From Escherichia phage vB_EcoM-UFV09, in sequence record MZ291552.2: a DNA stretch of 64,000 nucleotides, one strand, 5' to 3'. Made by a program: the position numbers and the translations under genes. Under the pieces are notes generated by a model. The model was not told where the DNA came from. It made no database searches and saw only the letters and a list, made by a program, of their open reading frames with translations. Position 1 is the stretch's first letter; every line of letters starts with the position of its first letter. Below, piece by piece: positions 43,831 to 54,855 of this stretch.

Positions 43831-44748
43831 TCAAAATTCATTAATGCTGTTAGTTAATTTAGAAAGACCAGATTTTACAAAATAAGAATAAATTTTGCCA
43901 CGCGGTGGTAATTTATATGAATTATAGTAATTCACAATGTTTGAAGCAATATTATCAGGAATATAATCAAAATCAATTAGAACTAAATTTTCTTTATAAC
44001 GATTATATTCAGATTCTGTGAGAAGCACCTTAGCTTGTTCACGGTCATTAGCAATAGCTTCAACGATTGAAGTTTTCATTGAAGGGGTTCGTTCACCTTC
44101 AACTTTGGTAAACCAAAAGTCAGATCGTACTTTAACTGAAGCAACGTTATCCTTTTTGTCACCTTTAAGGATTTTAGTCATACAGTCAATTTCAGCAGAA
44201 CCGCTTTTAATTTTAACCCATTTCTTATGCATCGGTGACCATTGCTTAACATTTGGATATTTGTGAAGTTGAGTAAAGTCACCATCCGATGAAATGATTA
44301 AAATCTTGTGTCCTTCTAAAGAGAACTTTTTAACAAGAACAGCAATATGGTCATCTGCTTCATACTTATCAATATCCATAACAATGTATGGCATATAAGC
44401 TTTCAATTCATCTATAACTTTATGGCTGGATTCAAAATAACCTTCCCAGTCCCAAGTTGATTCTTCTCGTGCTTTTCCACGGTTTTTCTTATAATAATAC
44501 GCGAAATCACGACGCCAGTATCCAGATTTCGCATTATCAATACACAGTACAATTTTAGTGTATCCAAGAGTTTTTGCTTTTTTGACATTAAACTTAATTG
44601 AGTTCAATATCAAATGACGAACCATTGATAAATTAATTTTTTCTTTATCTGGGAAGTTTACCAGAGCAGTTGAAAGCGCAATTTGACTAAAGTCAATAAA
44701 GCAAATTCCTTCTTTGTAATCTTCATCCAGCATCATTTCTAAATCCAT
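43831..44748 (-). CDS. rnh: RNase H / 5'-3' exonuclease (FEN-1 family)
   Basis: Internal ATG (MDLEMML...) with GAGG Shine-Dalgarno gives 305 aa. Confidence 0.93.
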   Translation of the reverse strand: MDLEMMLDEDYKEGICFIDFSQIALSTALVNFPDKEKINLSMVRHLILNSIKFNVKKAKTLGYTKIVLCIDNAKSGYWRRDFAYYYKKNRGKAREESTWDWEGYFESSHKVIDELKAYMPYIVMDIDKYEADDHIAVLVKKFSLEGHKILIISSDGDFTQLHKYPNVKQWSPMHKKWVKIKSGSAEIDCMTKILKGDKKDNVASVKVRSDFWFTKVEGERTPSMKTSIVEAIANDREQAKVLLTESEYNRYKENLVLIDFDYIPDNIASNIVNYYNSYKLPPRGKIYSYFVKSGLSKLTNSINEF

Positions 44749-44810
44749 ATGAACCTCGTTCAATTAGTGAGATTTCTATTATATACCATCCAAATCTTAA
44801 AGTAAACAAG

Positions 44811-44818
44811 TATAAATA
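44811..44818 (+). promoter_or_regulatory. Late promoter for gene 34
   Basis: Exact TATAAATA about 35 nt upstream of the gene 34 ATG; AGGAG Shine-Dalgarno. Confidence 0.6.
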
Positions 44819-44852
44819 CTTATTATTGAAAACACAATAGGAGCCCGGGAGA

Positions 44853-47800
44853 ATGGCCGAGATTAAAAGAAAGTTCAGAGCAGAAGACGGTCTGGACGCA
44901 GGTGGTGATAAAATAATCAACGTAGCTTTAGCTGATCGTACCGTAGGAACTGACGGTGTTAACGTTGATTACTTAATTCAAGAAAACACAGTTCAACAAT
45001 ATGATCCAACTCGTGGATATTTAAAAGATTTTGTAATCATTTATGATAACCGCTTTTGGGCTGCTATAAATGATATTCCAAAACCAGCAGGAGCTTTTAA
45101 TAGCGTACGATGGAGAGCGTTACGTACTGATGCAAACTGGACAACTGTTTCGTCAGGACCTTATCAATTAAAATCAGGCGAATCGATTTCAGTTAACACT
45201 GCAGCGGGTAATGACATTACATTTACTTTGCCATCTTCTCCAATTGATGGTGATACTATCGTTCTCCAAGATATTGGAGGAAAACCTGGAGTTAACCAGG
45301 TTTTAATTACAGCTCCGGTACAAAGCATTGTAAACTTTAGAGGTCAACAAGTACGCTCAGTACTAATGACTCATCCAAAATCACAGATAGTTTTAATTTT
45401 TAGTAATCGTCTGTGGCAAATGTATGTTGCTGATTATAGCAGAGAAGCGGCAGTTGTAACGCCAGCGAGTCTTTATCAAGCGCAATCAAACGATTTTATC
45501 GTGCGTAGATTTACTTCTGCTTCAGCAATTAATATTAAACTTCCTAGATTTGCTAATCATGGGGATATTATTAATTTTGTTGATTTAGATAAATTAAATC
45601 CGTTATATCATACTATCGTTACTACATACGATGAAACGACTTCAGTACAAGAAGTTGGAACTCATTCCATTGAAGGCCGTACATCTATTGATGGTTTCTT
45701 AATGTTTGATGATAATGAGAAATTGTGGAGATTATTTGACGGTGATAGTAAAGCGCGTTTACGCATTATAACAACTAATTCAAACATTCGTCCAAATGAA
45801 GAAGTCATGGTATTTGGCGCGAATAATGGAACAACTCAAACGATTGAACTTCAGCTTCCAACTGATATTTCTATCGGTGATACTGTTAAGATTTCCATGA
45901 ATTACATGAGAAAAGGACAAACAGTTAAAATCAAAGCTGCCGGTGAAGATAAAATTGCTTCTTCAGTTCAATTGTTGCAATTTCCAAAACGTTCAGAATA
46001 CCCACCTGAAACTAAATGGGTGACTGTTCAAGAATTAGTTTTTAACGGCGAAACTAATTATGTTCCAGTTTTACAGCTTGCTTATATCGAAGATTCCGAT
46101 GGAAAATATTGGGTTGTACAGCAAAACGTTCCAACAGTTGAAAGAGTAGACTCTTTAAATAATTCTACTAGAGCAAGATTAGGTGTAATTGCATTAGCTA
46201 CACAGGCTCAAGCTAATGCAGATTTAGAAAATTCTCCACAAAAAGAATTGGCAATTACTCCAGAAACGTTAGCTAATCGTACTGCTACAGAAACTCGTAG
46301 AGGTATTGCAAGAATAGCAACAACTGCGCAAGTAAACCAGGATACCACATTCTCTTTTGCAGATGACCTTATCATCACTCCTAAAAAGTTGAATGAAAGA
46401 ACTGCTACAGAAACTCGCAGAGGTGTCGCAGAAATTGCTACGCAGCAGGAAACTAATACAGGTACTGATGATACTACAATCATTACTCCTAAAAAGCTTC
46501 AAGCTCGCCAAGGTTCTGAATCATTATCTGGTATTGTAACTTTTGTATCTACTGCAGGAGCTACTCCAGCTTCTAGCCGCGAATTAAATGGTACGAATGT
46601 TTATAATAAAAACACTAATAACTTAGTTGTTTCACCTAAAGCCTTGGATCAGTATAAAGCTACTCCAACACAGCAAGGTGCGGTAATTTTAGCAGTTGAA
46701 AGTGAAGTAATTGCTGGACAAAGTCAAGAAGGATGGGCAAATGCGGTTGTAACGCCAGAAACGTTACATAAAAAGACATCAACTGATGGAAGAATTGGTT
46801 TAATTGAAATTGCTACTCAAAGTGAAGTTAATACAGGAACTGATTATACTCGTGCAGTCACTCCTAAAACTTTAAATGACCGTAGAGCAACTGAAAGTTT
46901 AAGTGGTATAGCTGAAATTGCTACACAAGTTGAATTCGACGCAGGCGTCGACGATACTCGTATCTCTACACCATTAAAAATTAAAACTAGATTTAATAGT
47001 ACTGATCGTACTTCAATTGCTACACAAGTTGAATTCGACGCAGGCGTCGACGATACTCGTATCTCTACACCATTAAAAATTAAAACTAGATTTAATAGTA
47101 CTGATCGTACTTCTGTTGTTGCTCTATCTGGATTAGTTGAATCAGGAACTCTCTGGGACCATTATACCCTTAATATTCTTGAAGCAAATGAGACACAACG
47201 TGGTACACTTCGTGTGGCTACACAAGTTGAAGCTGCTGCCGGAAAATTAGATAATGTTTTAATAACTCCTAAAAAGCTTTTAGGTACTAAATCTACCGAA
47301 TCGCAAGAAGGTGTTATTAAAGTTGCAACTCAGTCTGAAACTGTGGCTGGAACGTCAGTAAACACTGCTGTATCTCCAAAAAATTTAAAATGGATTGTAC
47401 AGAGTGAACCTACCTGGGCAGCTACTACTGCGATAAGAGGTTTTGTTAAAACTTCATCTGGTTCAATTACATTTGTCGGTAATGATACAGTCGGTTCTAC
47501 CCAAGATTTAGAACTGTATGAGAAAAATAGCTATGCAGTATCACCATATGAATTAAACCGTGTATTAGCAAATTATTTGCCATTAAAAGCAAAAGCTGCA
47601 GATAGTAATTTATTGGATGGTCTAGATTCATCTCAGTTCATTCGTAGGGACATTGCGCAGACGGTTAATGGTTCACTAACCTTAACCCAACAAACGAATC
47701 TGAGTGCCCCTCTTGTATCATCTAGTACTGCTACGTTTGGTGGATCAGTTTCAGCAAATAGTACATTAACTATTTCTAATACTGGAACAGCAACTCGATT

Positions 47801-48821
47801 GATTTTTGAGAAAGGACCTCAAACTGGAACAAACCCAGCCCAAACGATGACTGTTAGAGTGTGGGGAAATCAATTTAGTGGGGAATTAGATACAACACGT
47901 TCTACCGTATTTGAAGTTAGTGATGAAACATCTAGTCATTTTTATTCTCAGCGCAATAAAGCCGGAAATATAACATTTAATATCAACGGTACAGTAACAC
48001 CGATAAATGTTAATGCTTCAGGAACATTGAATGCAAATGGCGTAGCAACATTTGGTAATTCAGTCACTGCAACTGGTGAAATTATTTCTCGAAGCGCAAA
48101 TGCTTTCCGTGCTATTAACGGAAATTATGGTTTCATTGTTCGCAATGATGGATCAGTAACGAATTTTATGCTTACTGCATCGGGTGATCAGACTGGTGGA
48201 TTTAACGGATTACGTCCTTTGGCTATTAATAATGCATCTGGTCAAGTAACGATTGGTGAAAGCTTAATCATCGCCAAAGGTGCTACTATAAATTCTGGTG
48301 GTTTAACTGTTAATTCGAGAATTCGTTCTCAAGGTACTAAAACTTCTGATTTATATACCCGTGCGCCAACATCTGATACTGTAGGATTCTGGTCAATTGA
48401 TATTAATGATTCAGCTACTTATAACCAGTTCCCCGGTTATTTTAAAATGGTTGAAAAAACTAATGAAGTGACTGGACTTCCGTACTTAGAACGTGGCGAA
48501 GAAGTTAAATCTCCTGGTACACTGACACAGTTTGGTAACACACTTGATTCGCTTTACCAAGATTGGATTACTTATCCAACGACACCAGAAGCGCGTACCA
48601 CTCGTTGGACCCGCACATGGCAGAAAACCAAAAATTCTTGGTCAAGTTTTGTTCAGGTATTTGATGGAGGTAACCCTCCTCAACCGTCTGATATCGGTGC
48701 TTTACCATCTGATAATGCTACAATGGGGAATCTTACTATTCGTGATTTCTTACGAATTGGTAATGTTCGCATTATTCCTGACCCAGTGAATAAAACTGTT
48801 AAATTTGAATGGGTTGAATAA
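44853..48821 (+). CDS. 34: Long tail fibre proximal subunit gp34 (1322 aa) with an internal 33-aa tandem duplication
   Basis: Large repeat-rich ORF at the T4 gene 34 position; contains the 99-bp perfect tandem repeat at 46916..47113. Confidence 0.95.
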   Translation: MAEIKRKFRAEDGLDAGGDKIINVALADRTVGTDGVNVDYLIQENTVQQYDPTRGYLKDFVIIYDNRFWAAINDIPKPAGAFNSVRWRALRTDANWTTVSSGPYQLKSGESISVNTAAGNDITFTLPSSPIDGDTIVLQDIGGKPGVNQVLITAPVQSIVNFRGQQVRSVLMTHPKSQIVLIFSNRLWQMYVADYSREAAVVTPASLYQAQSNDFIVRRFTSASAINIKLPRFANHGDIINFVDLDKLNPLYHTIVTTYDETTSVQEVGTHSIEGRTSIDGFLMFDDNEKLWRLFDGDSKARLRIITTNSNIRPNEEVMVFGANNGTTQTIELQLPTDISIGDTVKISMNYMRKGQTVKIKAAGEDKIASSVQLLQFPKRSEYPPETKWVTVQELVFNGETNYVPVLQLAYIEDSDGKYWVVQQNVPTVERVDSLNNSTRARLGVIALATQAQANADLENSPQKELAITPETLANRTATETRRGIARIATTAQVNQDTTFSFADDLIITPKKLNERTATETRRGVAEIATQQETNTGTDDTTIITPKKLQARQGSESLSGIVTFVSTAGATPASSRELNGTNVYNKNTNNLVVSPKALDQYKATPTQQGAVILAVESEVIAGQSQEGWANAVVTPETLHKKTSTDGRIGLIEIATQSEVNTGTDYTRAVTPKTLNDRRATESLSGIAEIATQVEFDAGVDDTRISTPLKIKTRFNSTDRTSIATQVEFDAGVDDTRISTPLKIKTRFNSTDRTSVVALSGLVESGTLWDHYTLNILEANETQRGTLRVATQVEAAAGKLDNVLITPKKLLGTKSTESQEGVIKVATQSETVAGTSVNTAVSPKNLKWIVQSEPTWAATTAIRGFVKTSSGSITFVGNDTVGSTQDLELYEKNSYAVSPYELNRVLANYLPLKAKAADSNLLDGLDSSQFIRRDIAQTVNGSLTLTQQTNLSAPLVSSSTATFGGSVSANSTLTISNTGTATRLIFEKGPQTGTNPAQTMTVRVWGNQFSGELDTTRSTVFEVSDETSSHFYSQRNKAGNITFNINGTVTPINVNASGTLNANGVATFGNSVTATGEIISRSANAFRAINGNYGFIVRNDGSVTNFMLTASGDQTGGFNGLRPLAINNASGQVTIGESLIIAKGATINSGGLTVNSRIRSQGTKTSDLYTRAPTSDTVGFWSIDINDSATYNQFPGYFKMVEKTNEVTGLPYLERGEEVKSPGTLTQFGNTLDSLYQDWITYPTTPEARTTRWTRTWQKTKNSWSSFVQVFDGGNPPQPSDIGALPSDNATMGNLTIRDFLRIGNVRIIPDPVNKTVKFEWVE
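46916..47113 (+). repeat. Perfect 99-bp direct tandem duplication (2 copies), in frame, inside gene 34
   Basis: 46916..47014 is identical to 47015..47113; encodes IATQVEFDAGVDDTRISTPLKIKTRFNSTDRTS twice. Confidence 0.95.
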
Positions 48822-48829
48822 GAGGTATT

Positions 48830-49945
48830 ATGGAAAAATTTATGGCAGAGTTTGGACAAGGATATGTCCAAACGCCATTTTTATCGGAAAGCAATTCAGT
48901 AAGATATAAAATAAGCATAGCGGGTTCTTGCCCGCTTTCTACAGCAGGATCATACGTTAAATTTCAGGATAATCCTGTAGGAAGTCAAACATTTAGTGCA
49001 GGTCTTCATTTAAGAGTTTTTGACCCTTCCACGGGAGCATTGGTTGATAGTAAGTCATATGTTTTTTCTACTTCAAATGATACAACATCTGCTGCTTTTG
49101 TTAGTTTCATGAATTCTTTTTCAAGCAATAGACTTGTTGCCATATTAACTAGCGGAAAGGTTAATTTTCCTCCTGAAGTAGTATCTTGGTTAAGAACGGC
49201 AGGAACATCTGCTTTTCCATCTGATTCTTTATTGTCAAGATTTGATGTATCATATGCTGCCTTTTACACTTCTTCTAAAAGAGCTATCGCACTAGAGCAT
49301 GTTAAACTGAGTAACAGAAAAAGCACAGATGACTATCAAACTATATTAGATGTAGTATTTGACAGTTTAGAAGATGTTGGAGCGACAGGATTTCCTAAAA
49401 GAACATATGAAAGCGTTGAGCAATTTATGTCAGCTGTTGGTGGAACTAATAACGAAATTGCACGTCTACCTACAGCATCTGCAATAAGTAAACTTTCTGA
49501 CTATAATTTAATTCCTGGAGATGTTCTTTATCTTAAAGCACAACTATATGCTGATGCTGATTTACTTGCTCTTGGAACTACAAATATATCTATCCGTTTT
49601 TATAATGCGTCGAATGGATATATTTCCTCGACACAAGCTGAGTTTACCGGACAAGCTGGGTCTTGGGAATTAAAGGAAGATTATGTAGTTGTTCCTGAAA
49701 ATGCAGTTGGATTTACGATATATGCACAGAGAACTGCTCAAGCGGGACAAGGCGGTATGCGAAATTTAAGCTTTTCTGAAGTATCAAGAAACGGCGGTAT
49801 TTCAAAACCTGCTGAATTTGGCGTCAATGGTATTCGTGTTAATTATATCTGTGAATCTGCTTCACCTCCGGATATAATGGTACTTCCTACGCAAGCATCG
49901 TCTAAAACTGGTAAAGTGTTTGGACAGGAATTTAGAGAAGTTTAA
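48830..49945 (+). CDS. 35: Long tail fibre hinge protein gp35
   Basis: 371-aa ORF at the T4 gene 35 position. Confidence 0.9.
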   Translation: MEKFMAEFGQGYVQTPFLSESNSVRYKISIAGSCPLSTAGSYVKFQDNPVGSQTFSAGLHLRVFDPSTGALVDSKSYVFSTSNDTTSAAFVSFMNSFSSNRLVAILTSGKVNFPPEVVSWLRTAGTSAFPSDSLLSRFDVSYAAFYTSSKRAIALEHVKLSNRKSTDDYQTILDVVFDSLEDVGATGFPKRTYESVEQFMSAVGGTNNEIARLPTASAISKLSDYNLIPGDVLYLKAQLYADADLLALGTTNISIRFYNASNGYISSTQAEFTGQAGSWELKEDYVVVPENAVGFTIYAQRTAQAGQGGMRNLSFSEVSRNGGISKPAEFGVNGIRVNYICESASPPDIMVLPTQASSKTGKVFGQEFREV

Positions 49946-49950
49946 ATTGA

Positions 49951-49975
49951 GGGAGCCTTCGGGTTCCCTTTTTCT
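49951..49975 (+). terminator. Hairpin (UUCG tetraloop) plus T-tract downstream of gene 35
   Basis: gggagcc-ttcg-ggttccc followed by tttttc. Confidence 0.55.
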
Positions 49976-49976
49976 T

Positions 49977-49984
49977 TATAAATA
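49977..49984 (+). promoter_or_regulatory. Late promoter for genes 36-37-38
   Basis: Exact TATAAATA about 24 nt upstream of the gene 36 ATG. Confidence 0.6.
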
Positions 49985-50007
49985 CTATTAAAATAAAGGG
50001 GCATACA

Positions 50008-50664
50008 ATGGCTGATTTAAAAGTAGGTTCAACAACCGGAGGCTCTGTCATTTGGCATCAAGGAAATTTTCCATTGAATCCAGCCGGTGACGATGTACTC
50101 TATAAATCATTTAAAATATATTCAGAATATAATAAACCACAAGCAACTGATAACGATTTCGTTTCTAAAGCTAATGGTGGTACTTATTTAAATAAAGTAA
50201 TTTTTAATAAAGGAATGACTGTTCCTGGTGCTGGGTCAGGTGACAACGGTATTTTTGCCGGTCCTGGTGATAATGCCACATATGATACTACAAATATGGA
50301 TATTGTTTCATGGTATGGTATCGGCTTTAAATCATCACAAGGAGCAGCAGGTAGAACTGTAGTAATTAACACACGAAACGGAGATATTAGCTCAAAGGGT
50401 GTAATTGAAGCATCACAAATACGCGCAACTTCGTTATCACCAGTAAATAATTATGACCTTACGAGAAAAGATTATGTTGATGGAGCAATAAATATTGTTA
50501 CAACAAATGCAAACTCTAGAGTATTACGCTCTGGAGACACTATGACAGGAAATTTAACTGCGCCAAACCTTTTTTCACAGAATCCTGCATCTCAACCCTC
50601 GCATGTTCCGCGATTTGACCAAATCGTAATTAAGGATTCTGTTCAAGATTTCGGCTATTATTAA
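50008..50664 (+). CDS. 36: Long tail fibre distal connector gp36
   Basis: 218-aa ORF at the T4 gene 36 position. Confidence 0.9.
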   Translation: MADLKVGSTTGGSVIWHQGNFPLNPAGDDVLYKSFKIYSEYNKPQATDNDFVSKANGGTYLNKVIFNKGMTVPGAGSGDNGIFAGPGDNATYDTTNMDIVSWYGIGFKSSQGAAGRTVVINTRNGDISSKGVIEASQIRATSLSPVNNYDLTRKDYVDGAINIVTTNANSRVLRSGDTMTGNLTAPNLFSQNPASQPSHVPRFDQIVIKDSVQDFGYY

Positions 50665-50672
50665 GAGGACTT

Positions 50673-53600
50673 ATGGCTACTTTAAAACAAATACAATTTA
50701 AAAGAAGCAAAACGGCAGGTCAACGTCCAGCTGCTTCAGTATTAGCCGAAGGTGAATTGGCTATAAACTTAAAAGACCGTGTACTTTTTACTAAAGATGA
50801 CCAGGGAAATATTATTGATTTAGGTTTTGCTAAAGGCGGTAGTATTGACGGGAATGTTATTCATAAAGGCAATTATAACCAAACTGGAGATTATACTTTA
50901 AACGGTACATTCACCCAGACTGGTAATTTTAATTTAACCGGTATTGCTCGAGTAACTCGTGATATTATTGCTGCTGGGCAGATTATGACTGAAGGCGGAG
51001 AACTTATTACAAAAAGTTCAGGTACATCACATGTTCGTTTTCATGATTCAGCTGACCGTGAACGCGGTATTATTTTTTCTCCTGCTAATGATGGATTAAC
51101 TACACAAGTAATTAACATCAGAGTTCAAGATTACAAAGCCGGTTCAGAAAATACTTTTTCTTTTAGCGGTAGTGGTCTTTTCACATCGCCGGAAGTTTCT
51201 GCATGGAAATCTATGTCAACCCCCCAGATTTTGACTAACAAAGTCATTACTAATAATAAATCTACGAGTGATTATGACATTTATTCGATGGCAGACAATG
51301 TTCCATTGTCTGAAAGCACTACTGCTATTAATCATCTTCGTGTTATGCGTAATGCAGTTGGTTCTGGTATTTTTCATGAAGTTAAAGATAATGATGGAAT
51401 AACATGGTATAGTGGAGATGGATTAGATGCTTATCTGTGGTCATTTACCTGGAGCGGCGGAATTAAATCAAGTCACTCAATTTCCATCGGTTTAACACCC
51501 GGACCTAAGGATTACTCAATATTAGGACCGTCTAGTATCGCTTTAGGAGATAATGATACTGGATTTAAATGGCATCAAGACGGATATTATTTCAGTGTTA
51601 ACAATGGCACAAAAACGTTTTTATTTAGTCCCAGCGAAACAACTAGCCTAAGAAAATTTGTAGCTGGATATTCTACTAACGGAACCGATTTAACTACTCC
51701 TCCAACTGAAAATTATGCTCTTGCTACTGTAGTGACATACCACGATAATAACGCGTTTGAAGATGGTCAGACTCTTTTAGGATATTATCAAGGCGGTAAT
51801 TATCATCACTATTTCCGCGGTAAAGGTACTACAAACATTAATACTCACGGTGGTTTGTTAGTTACTCCTGGTAATATTGACGTTATTGGTGGTTCTGTTA
51901 ATATCGATGGTAGAAATAATGCTTCTACACTGATGTTTAGAGGTAACACAACTGGTAGTAGTTCAGTTGATAATATGACAATTTCCGTTTGGGGCAATAC
52001 GTTTACTAATCCTAGTGTAGGTAATCGTAAAAACGTCATGGAAATTTCTGATGCAACTAGTTGGATGAGCTATATTCAAAGACTTACAACAGGTGAAGTA
52101 GAAATGAACGTTAACGGTTCATTTGAATCATCTGGTGTTACTGCTGGAAATAGAGGAGTTCACACAACAGGCGAAATTTCATCTGGAGCAGTGAATGCGC
52201 TTCGTATTTGGAACGCAGATTATGGAGCCATTTTTAGACGTTCAGAAGGTAGTCTTCATATTATTCCGACTGCTTATGGTGAAGGCAAAAATGGTGATAT
52301 CGGTCCACTTCGTCCATTTAGTATTGCTTTGGATACTGGTAAGGTTGTTATTCCAGATTTAGAATCAAGTTATAACACGTTTGCTGCAAATGGCTACATT
52401 AAATTTGCTGGTCATGGCGCGGGTGCAGGTGGTTATGATATTCAGTATTCACAAGCTGCTCCTATTTTCCAAGAAATCGATGATGCTGCTGTAAGCAAAT
52501 ATTATCCTATTGTTAAACAGAAGTTTTTAAATGGTAAAGCTGTCTGGTCTTTGGGTACTGAAATTAATTCTGGTACATTTGTTTTACATCATTTGAAAGA
52601 AGATGGTTCACAAGGCCATACATCAAGATTTAATGCTGATGGTACAGTCAATTTCCCCGATAACGTTCAAGTCGGTGGTGGTGAAGCTACTATTGCTCGT
52701 AATGGTAATATTTTCTCAGATATTTGGAAATCGTTTACTTCTGCGGGAGAAACCACAAATATTCGCGATGCAATAGCTACTCGTGTTGCCAAAGAAGGCG
52801 ATACGATGACTGGCAAATTAATCGTTAAAAGAGGCTCTGACGCTATTAACATTGCTGCCGATGAAAATGATTCTTGCTATTTACTTGGAACATCGGGTGG
52901 AGCGAATTCATGGTACATTGGTAAAGGAGGAGCAGATGACACTGCTTCATTTTATAATTTCAAAACTACCGCAGGAATTACTCTTAATAGTGTTGGTGAT
53001 ATTGATTTTAACGTTAAAAATCAAGCTACTGCAGCTTCATTAAATTTTTATCGTTTATATTTAAATGGAAGACAGTGGACAGCTACACAAGGACATGGAT
53101 ATAATAATCAATGGCAAACAGAAGCCCCATTCTTCGTTGACTTTGGCGAATCTGTTCCGAAAGATAGTTATATGCCTATAATTAAAGGAAGAAGCCAAAT
53201 CATTAACGAAGGATATGCCACAAAGGCAGATTTTGGTATTATTCGATTAGGCGGAAATGCTACTTGGGGAAATGCAGTAATTCGTGTTGGTTCTGCAGAA
53301 AGCGGAGATAGCAGTCATCCTAATGCAATATTTGTGTTTCAGGCTAATGGCGATTTTAAAGCTCCGGCTGGCCTTCGTGCTGGTGTTAACTTGGGCGTCG
53401 GCACAATTCCAGTATGGGGCGGAGCATCTATCGCCATCGGTGATGATGATACCGGTTTAGTTCATGGCGGCGATGGTCGAATTAATATGTATGCTAACGC
53501 GCAGCATATTGCATCATGGGGCACGATGTATCAATCTCATCCAGGCCTTTGGGATTCATATGGAGCTTTTTGGACAGAAGTTGGCAAAGCAATTATTTCT

Positions 53601-53999
53601 CATGGCCATTTAGTTCAGGCGAATGACAGTTATTCCACATATGTACGCGATGTTTATGTCCGCTCTGATATTCGTGTCAAAAAGGACCTAGTTAAATTTG
53701 AAAATGCTTCTGAGAAGCTTTCAAAAATTAACGGTTACACTTATATGCAGAAGCGAGGTCTAGATGAAGAAGGTAATCAAAAATGGGAACCTAACGCAGG
53801 TTTAATTGCTCAAGAAGTTCAAGCTATTTTACCTGAATTAGTTGAAGGCGATCAGGATGGTGAAGCACTACTTCGTTTGAACTACAACGGTGTAATCGGT
53901 TTAAATACAGCTGCAATCAATGAGCATACTGCAGAAATTGCAGAACTTAAGTCAGAGATTGAAGAGCTTAAAAAATTAGTCAAATCATTGTTAAAATAA
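50673..53999 (+). CDS. 37: Long tail fibre distal subunit gp37 with C-terminal intramolecular-chaperone-like domain (T2-type)
   Basis: 1108-aa ORF; C-terminal about 110 aa (SDIRVKKDL...coiled-coil tail) resembles the autoproteolytic chaperone domains of phage fibres and tailspikes. Confidence 0.9.
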   Translation: MATLKQIQFKRSKTAGQRPAASVLAEGELAINLKDRVLFTKDDQGNIIDLGFAKGGSIDGNVIHKGNYNQTGDYTLNGTFTQTGNFNLTGIARVTRDIIAAGQIMTEGGELITKSSGTSHVRFHDSADRERGIIFSPANDGLTTQVINIRVQDYKAGSENTFSFSGSGLFTSPEVSAWKSMSTPQILTNKVITNNKSTSDYDIYSMADNVPLSESTTAINHLRVMRNAVGSGIFHEVKDNDGITWYSGDGLDAYLWSFTWSGGIKSSHSISIGLTPGPKDYSILGPSSIALGDNDTGFKWHQDGYYFSVNNGTKTFLFSPSETTSLRKFVAGYSTNGTDLTTPPTENYALATVVTYHDNNAFEDGQTLLGYYQGGNYHHYFRGKGTTNINTHGGLLVTPGNIDVIGGSVNIDGRNNASTLMFRGNTTGSSSVDNMTISVWGNTFTNPSVGNRKNVMEISDATSWMSYIQRLTTGEVEMNVNGSFESSGVTAGNRGVHTTGEISSGAVNALRIWNADYGAIFRRSEGSLHIIPTAYGEGKNGDIGPLRPFSIALDTGKVVIPDLESSYNTFAANGYIKFAGHGAGAGGYDIQYSQAAPIFQEIDDAAVSKYYPIVKQKFLNGKAVWSLGTEINSGTFVLHHLKEDGSQGHTSRFNADGTVNFPDNVQVGGGEATIARNGNIFSDIWKSFTSAGETTNIRDAIATRVAKEGDTMTGKLIVKRGSDAINIAADENDSCYLLGTSGGANSWYIGKGGADDTASFYNFKTTAGITLNSVGDIDFNVKNQATAASLNFYRLYLNGRQWTATQGHGYNNQWQTEAPFFVDFGESVPKDSYMPIIKGRSQIINEGYATKADFGIIRLGGNATWGNAVIRVGSAESGDSSHPNAIFVFQANGDFKAPAGLRAGVNLGVGTIPVWGGASIAIGDDDTGLVHGGDGRINMYANAQHIASWGTMYQSHPGLWDSYGAFWTEVGKAIISHGHLVQANDSYSTYVRDVYVRSDIRVKKDLVKFENASEKLSKINGYTYMQKRGLDEEGNQKWEPNAGLIAQEVQAILPELVEGDQDGEALLRLNYNGVIGLNTAAINEHTAEIAELKSEIEELKKLVKSLLK

Positions 54000-54003
54000 A
54001 ATG

Positions 54004-54019
54004 AGGGGCTTCGGCCCCT
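54004..54019 (+). other. Stable RNA hairpin (UUCG tetraloop) between genes 37 and 38
   Basis: aggggc-ttcg-gcccct immediately followed by GGAGG Shine-Dalgarno and the gene 38 ATG. Confidence 0.5.
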
Positions 54020-54030
54020 TGGAGGTTTAT

Positions 54031-54825
54031 ATGGCAGTTGAAGGACCGTGGGTAGGATGGTCTGCGAGGGTACAAACTGGAGACCCTTGGATGGGTGGTG
54101 CCGCGCAGAGATTGAGAATGGGAATTCCGTTTTGGATGAGTAATATGATAGGTCGATCTGTTGAAGTAATTCACACACTTGGAGCGGACCATAACTTCAA
54201 TGGTCAATGGTTCCGAGATAGATGTTTTGAGGCAGGTAGTGCACCTATAGTGTTTAATATTACCGGAAATTTGGTATCATATTCTAGAGACGTTCCTTTA
54301 TTCTTTATGTATGGAGATACACCTAATGAATATGTTCAGTTGAATATTGGTGGCGGCGTCCATATGTGGGGTAGAGGTGGACAAGGTGGATGGACTCATT
54401 CCGGCGGAGATGGTAATGGTCAACAAGGTGGTCATTGTATTCAAAATGACATCGGTGGACGATTAAGAATTAATAACGGTGGAGTAATTTGCGGTGGAGG
54501 TGGAGGTGGAGGTGGTATCGCTTATCGTCCTCGCTCTGGCGCAAAATGGCAAGATATTGGTGGTGGCGGTGGAAGACCATTTGGCCCAGGAGGTGGCGGC
54601 GGTTACTCGGGTGGCGCAGCTTCATACGACGGTCCAGGAGGTGGTTATCAATACGGAAATGCTCACTCCGGCCAGGGTGGCGATGCCGGAGGAAATGGAC
54701 AAAATGCCTGGTCGGATGGCGGTAAAGTTCTAAAAGTTGGAGCTGGTGGCGCTGCCGGATATGCTGTTATAGGATCCGCTCCAACATGGCAAAATGTTGG
54801 AGTAATATATGGTCCAAGGGTATAA
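54031..54825 (+). CDS. 38: gp38 receptor-binding adhesin (T2-type, glycine-rich motifs)
   Basis: 264-aa product from ATG with GGAGG Shine-Dalgarno; conserved N-terminal region then poly-Gly blocks separated by variable segments; track ORF starts at 54001 inside the hairpin. Confidence 0.85.
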   Translation: MAVEGPWVGWSARVQTGDPWMGGAAQRLRMGIPFWMSNMIGRSVEVIHTLGADHNFNGQWFRDRCFEAGSAPIVFNITGNLVSYSRDVPLFFMYGDTPNEYVQLNIGGGVHMWGRGGQGGWTHSGGDGNGQQGGHCIQNDIGGRLRINNGGVICGGGGGGGGIAYRPRSGAKWQDIGGGGGRPFGPGGGGGYSGGAASYDGPGGGYQYGNAHSGQGGDAGGNGQNAWSDGGKVLKVGAGGAAGYAVIGSAPTWQNVGVIYGPRV

Positions 54826-54855
54826 TTTGAATAAATATCCTTAAAAGGAGGGTCT

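Noticed and set aside
46208-46511. Minus-strand ORFs of 80 to 91 aa
   Set aside because: Antisense to the repeat-rich part of gene 34; no translation signals.
46916-47113. Tandem repeat considered as a possible CRISPR or satellite array
   Set aside because: Only two copies, no spacers, and it is in frame inside gene 34; it is a coding duplication.
54489-54733. Two overlapping 78/79-aa plus-strand ORFs rich in Arg/Trp or Val/Glu
   Set aside because: Alternative frames of the GGN-repeat (poly-glycine) region of gp38; compositional artefacts.
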